From NCBI GenBank assembly GCA_964538375.1, contig CAZIFQ010000002.1:3434-67433 (forward strand): a stretch of 64,000 bases of DNA. The letters are read 5' to 3'. Source of the stretch: an uncultured Bacteroidaceae bacterium. Its GTDB lineage: Bacteria; Bacteroidota; Bacteroidia; Bacteroidales; GCA-2748055. Under the pieces are notes generated by a model. It saw nothing but the letters and a program-made list of their open reading frames with translations, made no database searches and was not told where the DNA came from. This document shows, one piece after another, positions 57,756 to 64,000 of this stretch. Each line of letters begins with the position of its first letter. Within the stretch, counting starts at the first letter, position 1. The translations under genes were made by a program, and so were the position numbers.

Positions 57756-58940
57756 CTAAATATATGTGACAGAAACTTCCTTAAGAAATTTCTCTTCGAG
57801 TAGACGAGCCATTCTTTTCACTACCGTTCTGCGTATTTCTAATTCAACGGGCAGGTTTGGATCCTGGTGTGCAATATTGATTCTCGTTCCAATGATGATA
57901 TTGATTTCATCACTTTCTTTTACCAATTTCACTATCCTGTCAGCAGGCCCGTTTCCTAGCGAATATGAGGGAGAATAGTCTTTCAGAATCCTGGTGACCT
58001 TAGTAATGGTAAGTATTCCTTCAGTTACAAGGTCAATTCCAGGCATACTGGAGATAGGAGGTAATTCCGGGTCAATGAAGTCGATGCTATCTTCAATAGT
58101 AACCCCTGTTTCACGGGCTATGATATCTGCGGTTGTAGCACCGCAAACGATCTTTTTACCTTTAAATTCTTTTACAGCTTTTCCTAGTTTGACATCATTT
58201 TCTTCTTCGAACGGAGGTCCGGTAGAAATCAATAATTTCCTGGGCTCTCTGAAATATACTGAGGCGCAGGTTGTGTCATCTTTAGAGAAATAGTTATCGT
58301 TTCTATGCGCCGTATTAACAATTTTCTCAGATAGCATGGCAGCTGAGATATGGGGTGAGTTTTTTAGCAAGCTCTCCGCATATTGCTCAAGGTTTTCAAG
58401 TCCCCAACCCAAAGGAAATTTTTCTGTACCGAGACCCGATTGTGTAATCCCATCTGTGCAAAAGATGATTCTATCTTCCTTCTGTGGTTTGAAACGACAG
58501 GTGCGAATTTCTTTTCCTTCGTTTTTTGCTGTATGAAGCACAGTATATTGCCAATTCGGATCGAATAATTTATTGTTGCGAATCACGATGGCCTTAGGGT
58601 TGTCATATTCCAGTATGGTTGTCATACCATCCGCTTCTATGTCCAGTACTGTAAAGGTTGAATAGCTCATTTGACGCTCACTACATACCGGGAGGGTATT
58701 CATGATGATATCAGCAATCTTCTCAGGATCTTTGTGCTCAGCTGTGAAATTGATCGACATTGTTGAGGTAAGCGTTGCCAGCACATTGGCTTTTACCCCA
58801 TGCCCCATACCATCTGACAAAACAGCGATGGTGCGGTTTTCTTCAATAATTTTCCTACTCAGGAATACATCACCACAGATTCTTTCGTTCCCGTAATTTC
58901 GTTGCTCACAAACTAATTCTATATAGAAAGTGTCATTCAT
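57756..58940 (-). CDS. PP2C/SpoIIE-family Ser/Thr phosphatase with ~160-aa uncharacterised C-terminal domain (HfsC-like)
   Basis: 394 aa with PP2C motifs ICGDVFLS, LSDGMGHGV, FCTDGITQ and KDDTTCASV. It lies 9 nt downstream of the HydS-like gene. Confidence 0.75.
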   Translation of the reverse strand: MNDTFYIELVCEQRNYGNERICGDVFLSRKIIEENRTIAVLSDGMGHGVKANVLATLTSTMSINFTAEHKDPEKIADIIMNTLPVCSERQMSYSTFTVLDIEADGMTTILEYDNPKAIVIRNNKLFDPNWQYTVLHTAKNEGKEIRTCRFKPQKEDRIIFCTDGITQSGLGTEKFPLGWGLENLEQYAESLLKNSPHISAAMLSEKIVNTAHRNDNYFSKDDTTCASVYFREPRKLLISTGPPFEEENDVKLGKAVKEFKGKKIVCGATTADIIARETGVTIEDSIDFIDPELPPISSMPGIDLVTEGILTITKVTRILKDYSPSYSLGNGPADRIVKLVKESDEINIIIGTRINIAHQDPNLPVELEIRRTVVKRMARLLEEKFLKEVSVTYI

Positions 58941-58949
58941 CTGTGGTTC

Positions 58950-60794
58950 CTATTGCTTTGATTTATAAGACTCAATAATAGAATTCAACATCTTTTCTGT
59001 TTCAGAAGCACCTTCTCCAAGAACAAAGCCAATTTGCTGCACCAGGCTAAGGTTTTTGTCCACAACCTCAGTAAGTCGCTTGACAACCTCTTCTTTCTGC
59101 ACCTCAGGAGATGAAAGGTCCCTTATGACTGCTCCAACGATTTTGTCTTTCCTTATTACAAATACAGACAAGCTGTATTGCGATTCATTAAAAATGATAT
59201 CCCGATTTGTAATATTTTCATTGTTAGCGAGAACATAAGTAAATAGGTTATAGATGTTGTACGGTAAGAACTTTTTCAGATCCGCACCTGCCAAACCGGG
59301 AATTACCTCGTTGATCTCCAGCGCATCTTCACCAAGTAACTGAATAAAACTCTGATTGGCCTGGTGAATTTTCAGGGTTTCATCGAGAATCACTACACCC
59401 GATGGCAATTTCTGCAGCATCGTTCTCGTAATCTCAGATGCTTCCCTTGCTGCCTGTTTCTCCCGTTGTGCTATTTGTTCTGATTCTTTCAGGGCCTCTT
59501 TCGCCTGTGCAAGTTTCTCATTGCTGATTTTCAGCGATTGGATATGATCCTTCCTGCTTCGGGCGGCATAAGAGGTACACATCTCTGCTACAGCTAGACC
59601 TTGTGCAATGGCTACAGCAAAATCATTGCATGAAGGATATCCGCAGGCACCACAACCTCTTTCAGCAGTTTCAGAATTGTTTAGCTCATCAAGTATTTGT
59701 TTCACCTTCTGTTCTGAGGGATCAGGCAGTCTCTGATCATCGTTTCGAAATTTCCTGCTGAGATCGATGTCAGCATATTCCTGTAGTACTTCCTGGTGCT
59801 CCAAATCGTTATAAGTTGAAGATCTTTTATTAAGATACTTTACCAATTGACTTCTGCGTAGAAATTTTTTTCCACCCGGCGAAGTACCCCTTCCCATGAT
59901 AAATTCCTTGTAGAAAATATTGAAGTGTGATTTGATCTCCGTGATATTCTCCTCGAATTCAACAATGGCGTCAAATATTAGGTCGCCTTCAACAGTAATA
60001 ACTTTCGAGCTTAAGATGTGCTGATCAATTTCGGCCGCTTCAAGTATTCCACTTGACAAGGGAAATAGTGATCCACTGTAAGCAATTGGATCGTCAAACT
60101 CGCTGTATTCCAGGTTCTTTTCATCGATCTTGAATTCTTTGAATAACTCCCTGAGTTCAATAAATGTCAAAACTACATCGATAGGTTCTTCAGCTGACAA
60201 ACGGACCGCTTCTTCTTTACTTGCGATAAGAGGAGTTATATATACCAGTTTGACATCCTTGCCATGCTGTTTTCTCACAACCTTCGCTGTGGCAATACAT
60301 GGAGGCATTATTGGGGCAAGATTTTTAATTAATCCCGGCTTATATTTCTCAATATACATCACTGATACCGGACAGTTTGTGAAAAGATAATATTTCCCTT
60401 TGCTATTGTCTATCAGGTCCTTATACTGATTGGCCACCAATTCAACACCAAAGGCAACTTCCTGGATGATACTGAATCCAAGTTTCCTGAGCATGCTTAC
60501 AAACTTCCTGTAATCAGTGATATCCGGGAACTCTCCTGCAATAGACGGATCTACAATAGCAGCAATCTCCTGCTTACTATTCAGAAGTTTCTTGAGTGCT
60601 TCCTTTGAATCGCGGATAATGATAGCATTCTCAGTGCAGGCAGCATGACAATTACCGCAACCAATGCATCGCTCATGTACAATTCTGGGTTTTGGGTGAT
60701 CAGGTTGAACTTTTATAGCATTCACCGGACAAGCCCTGACACAGGCATAGCACGCTGTACATTTCTCCTGGTCTATCTTTAGTAAAGGATTCAT
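58950..60794 (-). CDS. HydS/HfsB-like sensory [FeFe]-hydrogenase homologue: 2x[4Fe-4S] ferredoxin domain, hydrogenase large-subunit-like domain, Cx2Cx4Cx16C cluster motif, coiled coil, PAS
   Basis: 614 aa. The N-terminus has CTACYACVRACP and CIGCGNCHAACT. H-domain homology includes FTNCPVSVMYIEKYKPGLIKNL, DVVLTFIELRELF and SGSLFPLSSGILEAA. It has CGACGYPSCNDFAVAIAQGLAVAEMC and a C-terminal PAS-like region. Canonical H-cluster Cys positions look substituted (see findings). Confidence 0.75.
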   Translation of the reverse strand: MNPLLKIDQEKCTACYACVRACPVNAIKVQPDHPKPRIVHERCIGCGNCHAACTENAIIIRDSKEALKKLLNSKQEIAAIVDPSIAGEFPDITDYRKFVSMLRKLGFSIIQEVAFGVELVANQYKDLIDNSKGKYYLFTNCPVSVMYIEKYKPGLIKNLAPIMPPCIATAKVVRKQHGKDVKLVYITPLIASKEEAVRLSAEEPIDVVLTFIELRELFKEFKIDEKNLEYSEFDDPIAYSGSLFPLSSGILEAAEIDQHILSSKVITVEGDLIFDAIVEFEENITEIKSHFNIFYKEFIMGRGTSPGGKKFLRRSQLVKYLNKRSSTYNDLEHQEVLQEYADIDLSRKFRNDDQRLPDPSEQKVKQILDELNNSETAERGCGACGYPSCNDFAVAIAQGLAVAEMCTSYAARSRKDHIQSLKISNEKLAQAKEALKESEQIAQREKQAAREASEITRTMLQKLPSGVVILDETLKIHQANQSFIQLLGEDALEINEVIPGLAGADLKKFLPYNIYNLFTYVLANNENITNRDIIFNESQYSLSVFVIRKDKIVGAVIRDLSSPEVQKEEVVKRLTEVVDKNLSLVQQIGFVLGEGASETEKMLNSIIESYKSKQ

Positions 60795-60801
60795 CCTGCT
60801 G

Positions 60802-61047
60802 TTATTTGAAAGTTTGCTCTAGTATGTCCTCAATGCTTTCAGCATTCACCTGTTCATACAATTTATCACCAATCTTTACCACCGGTCCTTTTGCACAATC
60901 ACCAAAACAATGGTTTCCTTTCAGAACAACATCATTTTCCAGGTGATTGTCTTTCAGGTATTTCTGAATAGTTTTTAGTGTTCCGCCGTTCCCCCTGCTG
61001 AAACATGAACTCCCTAAACATATTTCTATTACAATCCGGTTTTGCAT
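60802..61047 (-). CDS. Small thioredoxin-like [2Fe-2S] ferredoxin
   Basis: 81 aa with CLGSSC ... CFGDC (Cx4C...Cx3C) followed by AKGPVV, as in NuoE/HydC-type 2Fe-2S folds. It lies 7 nt upstream of the HydS-like gene. Confidence 0.7.
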   Translation of the reverse strand: MQNRIVIEICLGSSCFSRGNGGTLKTIQKYLKDNHLENDVVLKGNHCFGDCAKGPVVKIGDKLYEQVNAESIEDILEQTFK

Positions 61048-61071
61048 AGCTTAAGTAAGAATAAGAATTCA

Positions 61072-61089
61072 AAGTTAATAAATTCACAA
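61072..61089. promoter_or_regulatory. Candidate Rex/CRP-type half-palindromic site AAGTTAATAAATTCACAA
   Basis: The right half TTCACAA is an exact Rex-consensus half (TTGTGAAnnnnTTCACAA). The left half GTTAA is partial. The site is 25 bp upstream of the ferredoxin ATG on the minus strand. Confidence 0.25.
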
Positions 61090-61220
61090 TGAATACTTTT
61101 ACAGATTATTATAGACAAAAGTATGTTTTTTTCTCCAAGAGTAACTTATCGGCTAATTACTTTAGAATCAGTATATATAGAGCTAAATTTGTTAATTTTT
61201 AAGAATGAGTGTTGTAATAT

Positions 61221-61238
61221 ATGTTATATTTATAACAT
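61221..61238. promoter_or_regulatory. Palindrome ATGTTATA-TT-TATAACAT upstream of hydC (candidate Rex- or CRP/FNR-type operator)
   Basis: Has 8-bp perfect arms. The core TGTTA-N6-TAACA resembles TTGTTAAnnnnTTAACAA-type Rex boxes. It lies 66 bp upstream of the hydC ATG. A second dyad, ATTGTT-N8-AACAAT, follows at 61237-61256. Confidence 0.3.
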
Positions 61239-61303
61239 TGTTTTAGAAATAACAATAAGCTTACTTAAAGTGAAGCATATTTCAAATTAGATGATTAAAG
61301 ATA

Positions 61304-61765
61304 ATGGACAAAACACAAGAGATTCTTGATCAATTTCCCCAGGTTACGAGAGATGTACTGATTCCTATGCTTCAGGCAGTTCAGGATGAAATTGGATTTC
61401 TCACAGAAGAGGCCATTGAAAAAATTGGGATTCACCTGGATTTGCCAGCCAGCAAAATTTACGGATTGGCTACCTTTTACAACCAGTTTCGCTTTTCTCC
61501 AACAGGAAAATTTCACATCCAGGTTTGCAATGGTACCGCGTGTCACCTTGACCACTCAGTAGCCATTTTGAAGGAATTGCATAAACTACTGGGAATTAGT
61601 GACGGAGAGATTACGCGGGATGGAATGTTTAGTCTGGAAGTTTTGGCTTGTATCGGTGCCTGCGGACAGTCGCCGGTAATAGCTATCAATGGAGTATACT
61701 ATCCAAAAGTTAAGCCGAGGATGATAAAAGATATCCTTGAAACAACAAAAATGAAATATAGTTGA
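61304..61765 (+). CDS. hydC: NuoE-like [2Fe-2S] subunit of NAD(P)H-dependent/bifurcating [FeFe]-hydrogenase (HydC)
   Basis: 153 aa with VCNGTACHL and ACIGACGQSPV, the NuoE/HydC cluster motif. Confidence 0.85.
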   Translation: MDKTQEILDQFPQVTRDVLIPMLQAVQDEIGFLTEEAIEKIGIHLDLPASKIYGLATFYNQFRFSPTGKFHIQVCNGTACHLDHSVAILKELHKLLGISDGEITRDGMFSLEVLACIGACGQSPVIAINGVYYPKVKPRMIKDILETTKMKYS

Positions 61766-61766
61766 T

Positions 61767-63716
61767 ATGGTGAATTCAATTAATACACGGGAACTCAGGG
61801 AGCTGGTTCAGGAGGTCGCCATAAAACAGTCTTCTGAGTACGATGCAAAACTATCGAAAAGCATTGAATTGCTGAGCAGACAGCGGGTTGAAAGACCACT
61901 GATTATGATTGGCCTGAATACTTCAGGGCGGATAGCTGGAGGGGACCGCGTTAAGGATGCAGTGGAAGAGTATGTAACAGAAAGAAATCTGGATGTTGAG
62001 CTGGCTGAGACAGGTGCAATAGGATTGGCTTCGAGAGAGCCGATACTGAGTATTCAAATGCCGGGGCGAACACGTATTCTTTTTGCCGGTCTGAATGAAG
62101 AAGATGTTCCGATCATATTGGATGATATTTTTCACCAGATCATTCCTGAAGAGAAAATTCTCGGGCAGATTAGAAATGAAAAACATGATCCATGGATGGA
62201 TGTGCCTTTTATAGATGAGATTCCATTTTTTGCCCTTCAGGAACGATTGCTGTTAAGAGATTGCGGGACCATTGATCCACTTTCAATTGACGAATATATT
62301 GCCAGGGGTGGCTACAGGGGTTTTCTGAAATCAATCAGGTACCATACTTATGAAGAGGTATGCACCATGATGCTGGACAGCGGACTTAGAGGGAAATCCG
62401 GAAGCGCTTATCTGACAGGAGAAAAATGGAAAGAGGCATACAATACTTCCTCTGACCAGAAATACCTGGTTTGCAATGCCGAGGAGAGTGACCCTGGCGC
62501 ATTTATGGATCGTGCACTGATGGAGGGGAATCCACACCAGCTCATTGAAGGCATTTGTATTGCTTCCTATGCAATCGGGGCCACAAAGGCATATATTTAT
62601 ATACGCTCTGAATATCTTGAATCTATACGTAAACTTGAATGTGCCATTGAAGACGCCCGGGATTATGGCTTGCTGGGTCACAATATATTTAATAGTGGAT
62701 TTAATTTAAGCATTTCTATCAGGAAAGGACCGGGGGCTTTCATTTGTGGAGAGGAAACTGCATTGATTGCCAGTATGGAAGGCAGGCGGGGAATGCCCCA
62801 ATCAAAACCTCCATATCCTTCAAGCATGGGTTTTCACCGTAAACCAACTGTCATAAATAATGTTGAAACACTTTCTAATGTGCCTCACATTGTAGTGAAT
62901 GGTCCGGAGTGGTTTGCTGGTGTTGGAAAAGGCCACTGTTCAGGAACTAAGATTTTCTCAGTTTCGGGAAGAGCCATGCATACTGGTCTGATTGAGATTC
63001 CCTTGGGAACGAATCTTAAAACGCTTGTATTTGACATTGCAGGGGGAACACGAGAGGGAAGAAAATTGAAGGCTATTCATATCGGGGGGCCTTCTGGATG
63101 TCTCCTTCCGGCTGATAAACTGGATGTTAAAATATGCTTTGAAGAATTAAAAAAGGCCGGAGCTATCATGGGGGCAGGAGGAATACTCATTCTGGACGAA
63201 AAGGTGTGTATAGTGGACCTGGTAACCTATTTTATGAACTTCATGAAGCAGCAGAGCTGCGGGAAGTGCATTCCCTGCCGCGAAGGAACAAAACGAATGT
63301 CTGAAATTCTGAATAATATCACCCGAAAAACAGTAGGAGATGATAATCAGGATGCGCTGGAAAGGTTCAAGAGTCTTACACGGCTGGAAACCCTGGCAGA
63401 AGTTATGCGGGACACCTCTTTGTGTGGTCTCGGACAAATGGCTCCAAATCCTTTAACTTCTGCTTTGAAATATTTCAGAAAGGAATTTGAGGAGCACATT
63501 TTTGACAGAAACTGCTCATCGAATGTGTGCAAGGAACTGAGGACCTATTACATTGATGTGGAATTATGTACAGGTTGCACAATATGTGCAAAGAAGTGTC
63601 CTGAAGATGCAATTATAGGAACTGAAAAACATCCCTATTTCATTGTTTCGGAGAAGTGCACCGGTTGCGGAATTTGCAAAGACGTATGCAAATTCAGTGC
63701 AGTATTTTATAATTGA
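61767..63716 (+). CDS. hydB: NuoF-like flavoprotein subunit (HydB) with C-terminal 2x[4Fe-4S] ferredoxin domain
   Basis: 649 aa with an FMN/NADH-binding NuoF core (GLRGKSGSAYLTGEKW, NAEESDPGAF, ICGEETALI), the SLBB/4Fe-4S motif SCGKCIPCREG, and C-terminal CTGCTICAKKCP and CTGCGICKDVC. It starts 1 nt after hydC. Confidence 0.85.
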   Translation: MVNSINTRELRELVQEVAIKQSSEYDAKLSKSIELLSRQRVERPLIMIGLNTSGRIAGGDRVKDAVEEYVTERNLDVELAETGAIGLASREPILSIQMPGRTRILFAGLNEEDVPIILDDIFHQIIPEEKILGQIRNEKHDPWMDVPFIDEIPFFALQERLLLRDCGTIDPLSIDEYIARGGYRGFLKSIRYHTYEEVCTMMLDSGLRGKSGSAYLTGEKWKEAYNTSSDQKYLVCNAEESDPGAFMDRALMEGNPHQLIEGICIASYAIGATKAYIYIRSEYLESIRKLECAIEDARDYGLLGHNIFNSGFNLSISIRKGPGAFICGEETALIASMEGRRGMPQSKPPYPSSMGFHRKPTVINNVETLSNVPHIVVNGPEWFAGVGKGHCSGTKIFSVSGRAMHTGLIEIPLGTNLKTLVFDIAGGTREGRKLKAIHIGGPSGCLLPADKLDVKICFEELKKAGAIMGAGGILILDEKVCIVDLVTYFMNFMKQQSCGKCIPCREGTKRMSEILNNITRKTVGDDNQDALERFKSLTRLETLAEVMRDTSLCGLGQMAPNPLTSALKYFRKEFEEHIFDRNCSSNVCKELRTYYIDVELCTGCTICAKKCPEDAIIGTEKHPYFIVSEKCTGCGICKDVCKFSAVFYN

Positions 63717-63732
63717 AAGATATTGGATTACT

Positions 63733-64000
63733 ATGATAAAAATTGAGGTTAATAACAGGACTGTGGAAGCGAGAAAAGGTGAGACAATTTTGTCGGCACT
63801 TAATAATTGCGGGATACACGTACCTACATTATGCAGTATGGCAGAATTATCGCCAACAGGAGCTTGCAGGATGTGTGTTGTTGAGGTGGAAGGCCATGAA
63901 AAGCTTGTTCCGGCTTGTTCATTTCCTGTTAGTGAGTGGATGAAGATAAAAACCCATTCTCCCCGTGTATTGCGGGCCAGGAAGACCAATGTTGAATTGC
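63733..64000 (+). CDS. hydA: [FeFe]-hydrogenase catalytic subunit / NuoG-like N-terminus (HydA), 3' end beyond window
   Basis: My own translation is MIKIEVNNRTVEARKGETILSALNNCGIHVPTLCSMAELSPTGACRMCVVEVEG..., the plant-type 2Fe-2S N-domain of HydA/NuoG. The frame is open to the window end. It is not in the ORF track because no stop is reached. Confidence 0.75.
   Translation, partial: MIKIEVNNRTVEARKGETILSALNNCGIHVPTLCSMAELSPTGACRMCVVEVEGHEKLVPACSFPVSEWMKIKTHSPRVLRARKTNVEL

Noticed and set aside
63564-63989. 141-aa minus-strand ORF spanning the hydB/hydA junction
   Set aside because: It is antisense to two well-supported hydrogenase subunit genes. It crosses their intergenic spacer and is Cys/Thr-rich as a mirror of the Fe-S motifs.
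1-64000. Search for tRNA, rRNA, CRISPR arrays, IS elements, integrases and prophage genes
   Set aside because: No intergenic region is longer than about 410 nt. None shows cloverleaf-like or repeat-spacer structure, and no ORF resembles a transposase, integrase or phage protein. Small ncRNAs cannot be excluded by eye.

Overview
This 64-kb chromosomal window appears to come from an anaerobic member of Bacteroidota. The indicators are T9SS C-terminal sorting domains, an ECF-sigma/FecR/TonB-receptor/DUF4249 cluster, a TAnnTTTG-type -7 box, and roughly 40% GC by eye. All calls were made by eye from the ORF track and motif recognition; no searches were run. About 45 protein genes are supported. 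Most are housekeeping: recJ, purE, hpt, adk, obg, lplA, aroK, parC/parE, plsC, psd, cdsA, ftsH, rsfS, birA, pyrE, coaD and lon. I saw no rRNA, tRNA, CRISPR array, transposase or integrase.

Two regions stand out. (1) 24.6-41.2 kb is a tightly packed six-gene plus-strand cluster. It encodes a transporter-HEAT fusion, a HAMP-PP2C sensor phosphatase, a STAND ATPase whose WD40 propeller lies beyond a transmembrane helix, an OM beta-barrel, a propeller-like lipoprotein and a 2040-aa T9SS cargo protein. I cannot match this composition to any characterised system. (2) 57.7-64.0 kb is a hydrogenase regulatory locus. A 2Fe-2S ferredoxin, a HydS/HfsB-like PAS protein and a PP2C phosphatase are divergent from hydC-hydB-hydA. 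The HydS-like protein seems to have lost three of the four H-cluster cysteines. HydB seems to have lost its N-terminal 2Fe-2S ligands.

Intergenic regions carry several families of hairpin and tandem repeats, including a two-copy double-hairpin element with compensatory stem changes. An orphan T9SS C-terminal domain fragment at 54977-55165 is absent from the ORF track.
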